NCBI GenBank assembly: GCA_964603345.1
Contig: CAZRUJ010000004.1
Location: 1-32,607, forward strand
Reading direction: 5' to 3'
DNA from: an uncultured Methanosarcinales archaeon
Lineage (GTDB): Archaea; Nanobdellota; Nanobdellia; Woesearchaeales; SKGA01
DNA length: 32,607 bases
The notes under the pieces were generated by a model. That model saw nothing but the letters and a program-made list of their open reading frames with translations. It searched no databases and was not told the DNA's origin. Below are positions 17,561 through 25,336 of the stretch, piece by piece. Numbering within the stretch: the first letter of the stretch is position 1; every line of letters starts with the position of its first letter. Both the position numbers and the translations under genes were made by a program.

Positions 17561-17591
17561 TATGTTGATGAATGTTTTTTTAAGAATTAAG

Positions 17592-17753
17592 TGGTGGGCC
17601 CACCCGGACTCGAACCGGGGATCAACGCCTCACTTATCCGTCACGCTCGGTGATGCGACCGAAACGGTTGTAAGGGCGCTGTCATTTGCGGCGCAATGTG
17701 GCAAAAGCAAAAATCAGCTTGATTACACTGCGTAGCCACTAGACCATGGGCCC
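17592..17753 (-). tRNA. tRNA-Val(UAC), two introns (D-loop about 17685-17732; canonical 37/38 at 17631-17668), CCA encoded
   Basis: GGGCCCA UG GUCU AGUGGCUA [48] UGAC A GCGCC CUUACA [38] A GGCGU UGAUC CCCGG UUCGAGU CCGGG UGGGCCC A CCA. Textbook BHB at the anticodon intron. Confidence 0.85.
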
Positions 17754-17782
17754 ATGATGTGAATTATGAAGAAAAAACTCTT

Positions 17783-17792
17783 ATTTATAAGC
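17783..17792 (-). promoter_or_regulatory. TATA box for tRNA-Val
   Basis: The minus strand reads gcttataaat, centred about 34 nt upstream of the tRNA 5' end. Confidence 0.5.
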
Positions 17793-17800
17793 GTTTCTCT

Positions 17801-18655
17801 TCAGAGTTGCTCATACTCTTCCTCTTCAGCGCTTTGGTCTTTTCCCTTTGATCGCTTCTTTTTTTTATAGATCGTTTTTCCCGAGCTGTTTTTTGCGGAT
17901 GAAAACGATCCTTCTTTTGCATGAAATGTATATCCTTTGACAAGCAACATACTCATGATAAAAAGCAACAGGTAGAGAAGTAAAGCTGTCCAAAGATAGG
18001 CGCCGACAGCTATGAGCGCGAATAATCCCAAAAGCGGTATGAGCATCGAATGGATGCTGATGACAAGAGAATCCCTAAACGAGATTTTCTTCTTCGATCT
18101 GACGATAAGATAACCTGCAAATGAGACGAGAAGATTAAGAAGTGATGTTAGCAGGAGGATGCACAGTGATATTGAGATGATGATGCCTGGAAAGAGGATG
18201 ACTGCAATCGTATTGACAAGAAGACTTACTTTTTCACTATTCTCTTTCAAATCGATCTCATTGGATATCGTCGCGTTTTCAGATCCCCAAAAGATATAAT
18301 TGCGATAGAATAAGCTTTTATTACCTATTACCAGAAACGAATCTCCTCGCGAAGTGGCATTTGAATCGACCTTGATGGAAGGATGAGATAATAAGCTGAC
18401 CGGTTCGGTCGTGGTAAAATCAATGCTTGCTTGGGCGGTCGTGAATGAATCAAGATCTTCCTTGAGAGAATCTTTGACGGTTGTCACTTTCGGGATGAAA
18501 AGTAAAATCATGATAACAACGCCTAACAAGAATACTTTGAAAAAGAGGTTGAGGGAGTGTGAGAATAGTTTCTCGCTTATCTTATCGTACTTATTCGGAT
18601 TGAGAGTCTCGATACTTTGTCGTATTATTTTTAACAATTGCGAAGCCATATTCAT
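17801..18655 (-). CDS. Polytopic membrane protein, unknown function
   Basis: 284 aa with several TM helices and a Lys-rich then acidic C-terminal tail (KKKKRSKGKDQSAEEEEYEQL). Its start overlaps the stop of the upstream transporter gene by 4 nt, suggesting an operon. Confidence 0.6.
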   Translation of the reverse strand: MNMASQLLKIIRQSIETLNPNKYDKISEKLFSHSLNLFFKVFLLGVVIMILLFIPKVTTVKDSLKEDLDSFTTAQASIDFTTTEPVSLLSHPSIKVDSNATSRGDSFLVIGNKSLFYRNYIFWGSENATISNEIDLKENSEKVSLLVNTIAVILFPGIIISISLCILLLTSLLNLLVSFAGYLIVRSKKKISFRDSLVISIHSMLIPLLGLFALIAVGAYLWTALLLYLLLFIMSMLLVKGYTFHAKEGSFSSAKNSSGKTIYKKKKRSKGKDQSAEEEEYEQL

Positions 18656-20040
18656 TTCTCTTCTTTAGGAGTTGGTTTTGCGATCAATTTAGGAAGTATT
18701 TTATCAAAATACAAGCATGCAGCAAGATTGCCTGTGACGTTGATGGTTGTACGTGACATATCAAGTATCCTGTCAACCCCTATTATCAAAGCGATACCTA
18801 CAGCAGGGATTCCGGCAGTCTGCAGGATGGTGGAAAGCACGACCATACCTACGCCAGGGACCGAGGGAGTACCTATTGAAGCGCCAACGGTTACGGCGAT
18901 GATAGTGATCAGGCTTCCTATGGAAAGAGATACTCCGAATGATTGAGCTAGGAATATCGTGGCAACAACCTGATACAATGCTGTACCGTCCATGTTAACA
19001 GTTGCTCCTATGGGGATGAGGAATTCACTGATTTGTTTTCTTACTTTGAGTTTCTCCTCACCCACTTTCATGGATAGAGGCATGACAGCGGCAGAACTGG
19101 AGGTGGAGAATGCGAGCAGTTGGACTTCCCTGATATTTTTCATAAATTCCTTAGGATTTGTGTCGGTGAACACCATAATAATAATATTATACATTATGAT
19201 AAGAAGGAACAATCCTGTAAGTACTGTCAACATGTAAATACCAAGACCAGCCAACGCGCTGAAGCCAACATTTGAAGTCACTTGAGCCATAAGACCGAAA
19301 ACAGCCAGAGGGACTATGTACATGATCCATTTTATAACTCTCATCGTGATTTCCTGGATTCCTTCAAGAAGCTCGAGAATGGTTGAGAATTGTTTTTTTG
19401 AAATGGAAAACATCGCAAGGCCTGTAACGATCGACATAATCACAACCCCAAGTAGATCGCCATTGACCATCGTCTTGAACGGATTACTTGGAATAATATT
19501 GACAATCCTTTCAGGAATAGTATCGTCTCCTGTGGAGTCAGTCATGCTGACTTGTGAATGTTTTTTTTCGGATGATAAGGAGTTGACGCTATCAGCGTCC
19601 ATGTAAGAGCCCGGTTGGATGATGCTTGTGATGCCAAACCCTATGAGTATGGCGATTGTCGTGGTGATCAGAAAATAGAATGCTATTCGAGGACCTATTC
19701 TTTTCAGGAAGGTTGAACTTCCGCTTGAAACGATGCCTACGATGATCGAAGAGAAAACAAGCGGTATGATAATCATTTTAATAACAGCAAGAAATATATG
19801 GCCTGGTAACGCCACCCAATCCGTGATCGTCTTTGCAAGTTCGCCTGACACCAAGTTCATATCCGGACCGAGGAGAATACCTGCAACACTTCCGAGAACC
19901 AGGGCAATAAGGACTTTCAGCCACAATTTAGCATTATGCAGATGCGTGAGCTGATCGCTTAGTGAAATTAAGACTCTGTTCTTATGTATCTTTCCCGTGA
20001 TTCGTTCCCGGATACTTTTCATATGCATGTCCGATAACAC
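18652..20040 (-). CDS. gltP: Dicarboxylate/amino acid:cation symporter (DAACS, GltP/GltPh-like)
   Basis: AFSTSSSAAVMP and PIGATVNMDGTALYQ signatures. Track start is GTG 20040. ATG 20028 or 20022 is more likely, given TATA aatatttataaac on the minus strand at about 20048-20060. Confidence 0.85.
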   Translation of the reverse strand: MLSDMHMKSIRERITGKIHKNRVLISLSDQLTHLHNAKLWLKVLIALVLGSVAGILLGPDMNLVSGELAKTITDWVALPGHIFLAVIKMIIIPLVFSSIIVGIVSSGSSTFLKRIGPRIAFYFLITTTIAILIGFGITSIIQPGSYMDADSVNSLSSEKKHSQVSMTDSTGDDTIPERIVNIIPSNPFKTMVNGDLLGVVIMSIVTGLAMFSISKKQFSTILELLEGIQEITMRVIKWIMYIVPLAVFGLMAQVTSNVGFSALAGLGIYMLTVLTGLFLLIIMYNIIIMVFTDTNPKEFMKNIREVQLLAFSTSSSAAVMPLSMKVGEEKLKVRKQISEFLIPIGATVNMDGTALYQVVATIFLAQSFGVSLSIGSLITIIAVTVGASIGTPSVPGVGMVVLSTILQTAGIPAVGIALIIGVDRILDMSRTTINVTGNLAACLYFDKILPKLIAKPTPKEEK

Positions 20041-20134
20041 ATTTCGTTTATAAATATTTTCTCTTTGAAGATAAATCTCTCATACAAATATTTATAAAGG
20101 AATATTGCTCAAACTCAGTCGAGAGGTAGAGTGA

Positions 20135-20641
20135 ATGATTAAATATCCGAAAGATCAAAATTCATCTGTGATTGTAGGACGTAAGGCACAATCTTCCATC
20201 GAGTATATGTTCATCGTGGGTATTGCCTTAATGATCATCATTCCTGGAACTGCATTGTTCTTTCAATATTCTCAAGATTCACAGGATAATCTATTGCATT
20301 CGAAAGTATATAAGATTGGTTCGGAACTTGTTTCTACGGGAGAGATGATTTATTCAGTAGGTGAGAATTCTTGGCAGACAGTCGAAGTGAGCATGCCTGA
20401 AACTATCAAGAGGATGACTGTGTATTCTAATACTGGTGATGGTATCGGCGAACTTATTATCCGATACGGGCATACTAATCCTTCGGATGCTGTATTTTTC
20501 ACAAGCAATACTCTTCTCAATTCAACAGGCAATAGCAGTGAGTGTGAAACAGGATGTCTGGTGCCTATTTCCAATGGCGTGAACAGAATACGTATTGAAT
20601 CAGGAACAGAAGGTGAAATACGATATCGTATCCTCAAATGA
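20135..20641 (+). CDS. Class III signal peptide (DUF361-type, type IV pilin-like) protein
   Basis: ..GRKA|QSSIEYMFIVGIALMIIIPG fits the [KR][GA]|Q.S.E[YF] + hydrophobic prepilin-peptidase substrate pattern. Confidence 0.7.
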   Translation: MIKYPKDQNSSVIVGRKAQSSIEYMFIVGIALMIIIPGTALFFQYSQDSQDNLLHSKVYKIGSELVSTGEMIYSVGENSWQTVEVSMPETIKRMTVYSNTGDGIGELIIRYGHTNPSDAVFFTSNTLLNSTGNSSECETGCLVPISNGVNRIRIESGTEGEIRYRILK

Positions 20642-21192
20642 TGAAATCGAAAGGACAGGGGTCGTTGGAATTCGTCATCCTTGTCACGTTCATGCTAGTT
20701 GTCTTTTTGATATTTTTCACTATTATTCAGAACAAAATGGTTTTTGTTTCGAACCAACAGGATATCGAATCCCTGAAACAGATCAATTCAGTAGTCCTTT
20801 CAGAGATATTCATTGCAAGAAGTGTCGATTCTGATTACTACCATAATTTTTCGCTTCCGAGAAATCTCGGCACTGAATTTTCTATCGGATTATATGACTC
20901 CAAAGAGCTCGTCAGTTCATTCAGGGATAAGGAATATGTGAATTTCTTGCCTGTCAAGGTCACAGGGGACTTCAATAACTACCAAACCACGAAAAACAAT
21001 ATTTTGTACAAGTACGATGGTATTGTCATGCTTGACAATGGTACAATCGTATCTTCAGATTCAGCGTACGGATATTTTCTCAATGTCCCCGCAGAACAAT
21101 GCTTCAAATATAACAAAAGCAAAACATTAGGATGTGATGAACTTAACGGTGATGTGAGAAATCGTTGTAGTAATCATACGAAATGGTGTTAA
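20638..21192 (+). CDS. Class III signal peptide (DUF361-type, type IV pilin-like) protein
   Basis: MMKSKG|QGSLEFVILVTFMLVVFLIFF. ATGA start/stop overlap with the upstream pilin-like gene. Confidence 0.7.
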   Translation: MMKSKGQGSLEFVILVTFMLVVFLIFFTIIQNKMVFVSNQQDIESLKQINSVVLSEIFIARSVDSDYYHNFSLPRNLGTEFSIGLYDSKELVSSFRDKEYVNFLPVKVTGDFNNYQTTKNNILYKYDGIVMLDNGTIVSSDSAYGYFLNVPAEQCFKYNKSKTLGCDELNGDVRNRCSNHTKWC

Positions 21193-21214
21193 GAGTACAT
21201 AATGACATTCATTT

Positions 21215-21342
21215 TTCACTTTCGTTCTCTAGTCCCTCCAATCGCTTTTTTTTTGAGAAAAAATGCTCTTGTCAAGACTACGTTCACTTTCGTTCTCTAG
21301 TCCCTCCAATCGCTTTTTTTTTTGAGAAAAAATGCTCTTGTC
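21215..21342. repeat. Tandem direct duplication (59/60-nt copies, 68-nt period) spanning the tRNA-Glu 3' end and its downstream flank
   Basis: 21215-21273 and 21283-21342 are identical except for T9 versus T10. Each copy contains tgctcttgtc, which is the reverse complement of GACAAGAGCA, the last 10 nt of tRNA-Glu. Confidence 0.9.
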
Positions 21343-21486
21343 GGGACTTTCAAGAATGGATCAGCAGTGCGCTAGTCGCTTGTTTTTGAACCCGAGTCCC
21401 AGCCTTTCTTTTGACCGAAATGAGAGCAGTTCCCATTTCAAGACATCGAGAGGGCCGGATGATTGGCCGGACTACACCACAAGAGC
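21333..21486 (-). tRNA. tRNA-Glu(CUC), two introns (37/38 at 21406-21446; T-loop 59/60 at 21347-21384), no encoded CCA
   Basis: GCUCUUG UG GUGU AGUCCGGCCAA UCAU C CGGCC CUCUCG [41] A GGCUG GGAC UCGGG UUCAAA [38] U CCCGA CAAGAGC A. Confidence 0.8.
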
Positions 21487-21510
21487 ATAGGTTGTCCGAA
21501 AAATTAATAA

Positions 21511-21666
21511 TGGGCCCAAGGGGACGTTCATACAGTGGCTAGCATAGGATGTATGACTATCCAGATGATTTTGAACCCCTGACCTTCCGGTTACTGCCAC
21601 ACAGGAGACGAAAAATCTCCACTGGCGCTAAGAGCCGGATGCTATACCAGACTAAGCCATAGGCCC
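21511..21666 (-). tRNA. tRNA-Lys(CUU), two introns (37/38 at 21592-21628; T-loop 59/60 at 21525-21569), no encoded CCA
   Basis: GGGCCUA UG GCUU AGUCUGGUA UAGC A UCCGG CUCUUA [37] A CCGGA AGGUC AGGGG UUCAAA [45] U CCCCU UGGGCCC A. Confidence 0.8.
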
Positions 21667-21696
21667 ATTAAAAACATTTTCCAAGTATAGCCGATT

Positions 21697-21707
21697 CTTT
21701 TATAAAG
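21697..21707 (-). promoter_or_regulatory. TATA box for the tRNA-Lys / tRNA-Glu unit
   Basis: Palindromic ctttataaag centred about 36 nt upstream of the tRNA-Lys 5' end. Only 24 nt separate Lys and Glu. Confidence 0.5.
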
Positions 21708-21862
21708 ATTTGCGTCCATTAAATGCACCATGAGAAAAAACAAAATAAGCGATAACTACTAAAAAGGGACAAAAAATCAAAACATTTATAAATACAGTAT
21801 GTTTTTCAATACGGTAATAATTATTAATTGTGGTTAACGACAATATTTAGGTGATATGAAAA

Positions 21863-24400
21863 ATGAAGAGGTACGGACAACGGTTGGTAATGCTAGCTAT
21901 GATTATGTTTATTCTCATGGCAGGTTCTGCATTTGCGGGAACGGGATTTTACACTGAGGCATTCTATGAATATTATGGGAGTAGTATAAATGATGATGTG
22001 GTAACACGAGGTGATGATATCACATACTCCGCTTATGCTAAATCTACGCAAGGTGACTTCACGCTATTCATATATGTGTCTGACAATCCCTGCTTGCAAA
22101 AAGATATTGATGTTGATATAGATCAGAAAGCTTCGACCTTCGTACCCAGCCAGGCTTTTCACGAAGCCGGCGCCGATAAAGAAACATATTCCACAACGAC
22201 GTTGACTCCTGGAAATTATAATGTTTGTTTCTATATGGAAGATGCTGATTCTCCGAGCACTACAGATGTCAGCACGCTCACGTTGGAAGTCCTCAACAAA
22301 GATCCTCAACTCATTAATTTCGCAAGCACGTATTATATGTTGGTTAATGATACTTCAAATACTGTTGTAATTGATAATCTGGATAATAATGTTGATGATA
22401 GCCCTGGAGAATCTCATTCGTTTTCGCTTCTGAGCAATTCCGATCCTTCGATTGCGACTTGTTCTGTACAGGCAGGCGATCTGCTATGCACGCCACAGAC
22501 TGTTGGAACCACAACCATGCAGCTCGAGGTTGAAGACCAGTATGGTGCTACAGACACTGTACAATTCGACGTTAAGGTGAATCCTCAAACACAAACTAAC
22601 AACCCGCCGTATTTCCAAGGTCTCACCACTCACTACACATATGATGCTAAAAACGGGCTGGGATCGATTTTTTCGGTGGATCTGGATAATTATGGTGTCG
22701 ATCCTGATAATGATTCTCTTTCATACTCATTCGCCGAATCATCCGCGTTAATAGATTGTGCCCAATCAGGTTCTTCTCTCAGTTGTGATTATATTTCTTC
22801 CGGAAACATTGGAAATGCTACTGTTTCCGTGACTGTGGATGATGGTCAAGAGAACAGCTCAGAGATTATCCATATAGAGATCATCAACACCAGTACTGGT
22901 GGAGGAAGCAGTGGGGGAAATACGTCAACACAATTGCAAGCGATTATTTCAGCTCCTAATTCAGCTATCGTGGGAAGTGATGTCACGTTCCATGGTAACG
23001 ATTCGATAGCTTCGTCTAATTCCTCCATTGTAGATTATGATTGGACAATCGATGGAAGTTCTTATTCAGGTTCGACTGTTGTTAGGCAATTCACGACTAC
23101 AGGAACGTATGATGTCGAATTGACGGTGACAGATGATTCTGGTAATCAAGATACTGATACTACCACTATTGATATTCATAAACCGAATGTAGTTGGCCTT
23201 GAAGTAGAATACATCCGGATTGATGGTGAAAAGCACGATCCTTATGATCAGACAAATCAGGTTCTTAGCGTTAAGCGAGGACAGAAACTCCCTATCAAAG
23301 TCAAGGTCGTGGCTCATTCAGATATTGAAGATGTTCAGATATCCTCGAAAATCGCAGGATATCAATACAGTCAATATGAACAAGATAAAATATTCCATAT
23401 GACTGATACTTTCGATCTTGATAAGAACCGGTGGGAGACAAGGGAGATGGAGCTTGAAGTTCCTCTGAAGGTCGCTACAGGTGATGTTAAATTAAGGATT
23501 TATGTCGAGGATAAGAACAGTAACGGCTATGTCAAGGAGTATAATCTTGATATCGATGGTGTTGATGAGCGTAATGCTGTCCAGATAACAGATGCTTACT
23601 TGAGCCCTTCAAATGAAGTCTTGCCTGGACGTGCAGTATCTGCTCTTGTCAAAGTACATAACCTCGGTGATAAACCGCTTGATGATGTCACTCTCCGGGT
23701 TGAAGTGCCAAGCTTGAATATTCAGGATACTGAAACACTCGATGAGCTTGATGTTGACGAAAAGGAAACTTTTGAACGGACAATCCTCAGATTCCCTAAA
23801 GATACGCAACCAGGGGATTATGTTGTCGTTTATACAGTCGAATTCGATGAGTATGAAAAGACTACTTTTTCAGATACGGTAACTATATTGGATGGTGGTG
23901 GTGTATTGACTGAAGGGAAATCTGTCATTGAAGTTCCTGGATCAAAACAGATCACCATTGGCTCTGATGGTGCTATTTATCCGATCAGCATAACTAATAA
24001 TGGTAGGAGTAGCAAGACGTATCAGCTTTCAGCAACTCAAATCAACAGCTGGGGGTCTTATCGGTTTGATCCGAGTTCGCTTCTTGTCGTTGAGGCTGGG
24101 GAGTCGAGAACGGTTTATCTCCATGTCTCTGCCGATGATGGGCTTGAGCAGGGAGTTAAGGAGTTCCAGCTTGATGTTGACATGGATGATGAGTTAAAGC
24201 AAATTCCTTTGAGTGCCGCTTTGATAAATCCATCTGGTTCTTCAACCAATTCATCTAGCGATGTTAATGATCTACTCTTTATCATCTTGTCAGTGATTGT
24301 GCTCGGCACCATACTCGCTGCGATAGGTTATGGATTATATAAAGCATATTATACTCCCGAAGATGGTCTTGATGACGATGATGAAGAAGTTCGGCATTGA
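21863..24400 (+). CDS. Large S-layer-like / cell-surface protein with PKD domain and C-terminal TM anchor
   Basis: GGTGA lies 8 nt before the ATG. Signal peptide MKRYGQRLVMLAMIMFILMAGSAFAG. PKD-like VTFHGNDS..YDWTIDG..GTYDVELTVTDDSGNQDT. Repeated beta-rich modules. C-terminal LLFIILSVIVLGTILAAIGYGLY followed by an acidic tail. Confidence 0.8.
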   Translation: MKRYGQRLVMLAMIMFILMAGSAFAGTGFYTEAFYEYYGSSINDDVVTRGDDITYSAYAKSTQGDFTLFIYVSDNPCLQKDIDVDIDQKASTFVPSQAFHEAGADKETYSTTTLTPGNYNVCFYMEDADSPSTTDVSTLTLEVLNKDPQLINFASTYYMLVNDTSNTVVIDNLDNNVDDSPGESHSFSLLSNSDPSIATCSVQAGDLLCTPQTVGTTTMQLEVEDQYGATDTVQFDVKVNPQTQTNNPPYFQGLTTHYTYDAKNGLGSIFSVDLDNYGVDPDNDSLSYSFAESSALIDCAQSGSSLSCDYISSGNIGNATVSVTVDDGQENSSEIIHIEIINTSTGGGSSGGNTSTQLQAIISAPNSAIVGSDVTFHGNDSIASSNSSIVDYDWTIDGSSYSGSTVVRQFTTTGTYDVELTVTDDSGNQDTDTTTIDIHKPNVVGLEVEYIRIDGEKHDPYDQTNQVLSVKRGQKLPIKVKVVAHSDIEDVQISSKIAGYQYSQYEQDKIFHMTDTFDLDKNRWETREMELEVPLKVATGDVKLRIYVEDKNSNGYVKEYNLDIDGVDERNAVQITDAYLSPSNEVLPGRAVSALVKVHNLGDKPLDDVTLRVEVPSLNIQDTETLDELDVDEKETFERTILRFPKDTQPGDYVVVYTVEFDEYEKTTFSDTVTILDGGGVLTEGKSVIEVPGSKQITIGSDGAIYPISITNNGRSSKTYQLSATQINSWGSYRFDPSSLLVVEAGESRTVYLHVSADDGLEQGVKEFQLDVDMDDELKQIPLSAALINPSGSSTNSSSDVNDLLFIILSVIVLGTILAAIGYGLYKAYYTPEDGLDDDDEEVRH

Positions 24401-24405
24401 TCATC

Positions 24406-24428
24406 TGTTTTTTTAATTTTTTTATTCT
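24406..24428 (+). terminator. Oligo-T tracts after the S-layer-like gene
   Basis: tgtttttttaatttttttattc immediately downstream of the stop codon. Confidence 0.35.
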
Positions 24429-24759
24429 AACATATGACTTTGTTGATGAAATTCTTATATTCATTGTGTTTGTCATTTTTTCGTATTTGAGAGAGATATG
24501 TTTAAAGAATGATTTGTTCTCGAGCGTATCTGCCACGTCTTGTAATTTATTTCCTGCAATGTTATATTTATTCAACTGCAGATATTTTTAGTTCGTTTAC
24601 ATCAGGAAGATGTTCTGTGGATTATCAAGACATATTTTGTCCTCAGAAATAGTCTCAATATTGAAATTTGAGAGATTCAACCAGATGAGATTGTCAAAAT
24701 TCTTTATTGAGCTGGTTGTATAAACATATTTTATTTATCATCTGATAAAATGATTTTTT

Positions 24760-25323
24760 TTAGAGAAGTAATTTTATGAGTTCTGCAATGACAAATCCTG
24801 TCAATGCGATAATCGGGAAAAAATAGTATCTGTAGAAAAGAGATGAGAGAATCTCGTCTATGTGGAGATGATTGTTTGAATGTTTGTGATGCCATACGTG
24901 AAGATCATTTTTTGTACTCTTGAGAATCTCGCCTGACGGTTTTGTGTGGAGCGCATAGTACAATGCTCCTGAGAGGATTCCGAATGCAGTCATGATTATC
25001 GTGCTGTAAAAGTGAGCCTGATATGAAAGGGATGTGATGACAAATAATGTCCCAAATACAATATAATCAAGAGTGTTCAAGCTGGTCTTATGCCAGAATA
25101 TGTAGATGAATGCGAAACTCAGAATCATGAGAAGCAATGCGATGGTGAATGGGAAGTGTGCAAATATGCTGACAAAGAACAATATGAAAAGAATCATCTG
25201 GAAGTAAGGGATTTTTGATTTGAATTCGTGAACCTCATCCTTTGACCAATATGCAAGCATGCCACCTAAGAATAACCCTACATGGGCGATCAGTAATGTT
25301 GCTGCATACGTGAATATATCCAT
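24760..25323 (-). CDS. Polytopic membrane protein, unknown function
   Basis: 187 aa with 5-6 hydrophobic helices and a His-rich loop (HVWHHKHSNNHLH). GAGGTC lies 13 nt downstream of the preceding gene's stop, suggesting co-transcription. Confidence 0.6.
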   Translation of the reverse strand: MDIFTYAATLLIAHVGLFLGGMLAYWSKDEVHEFKSKIPYFQMILFILFFVSIFAHFPFTIALLLMILSFAFIYIFWHKTSLNTLDYIVFGTLFVITSLSYQAHFYSTIIMTAFGILSGALYYALHTKPSGEILKSTKNDLHVWHHKHSNNHLHIDEILSSLFYRYYFFPIIALTGFVIAELIKLLL

Positions 25324-25336
25324 ACATCAGACCTCG

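Noticed and set aside
17391-17735. 114-aa + ORF across the tRNA region
   Set aside because: It is the antisense translation of tRNA sequence. The repeated WWAHPDSNR peptide is the reverse complement of the T-arm and acceptor.
21215-21342. CRISPR array
   Set aside because: Only two copies, directly abutting with a 9-nt junction. No repeat-spacer periodicity and no cas genes in the window.
21183-21389. 68-aa + ORF with internally repeated FFFEKKCSC
   Set aside because: An artefact of translating the 68-nt tandem duplication and the antisense of the tRNA-Glu 3' exon.
17400-21700. Integrated mobile element anchored at the tRNA genes
   Set aside because: tRNA 3'-end duplicates exist, but the intervening and flanking genes are ordinary chromosomal functions (udg, gltP-like transporter, pilin-like proteins). 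No integrase, transposase, or viral or plasmid gene is present. At most these are scars.
24282-24575. 97-aa minus ORF overlapping the 3' end of the S-layer-like gene
   Set aside because: It overlaps a strongly supported gene, has low-complexity Lys/Asn-rich sequence, and has no promoter or SD.
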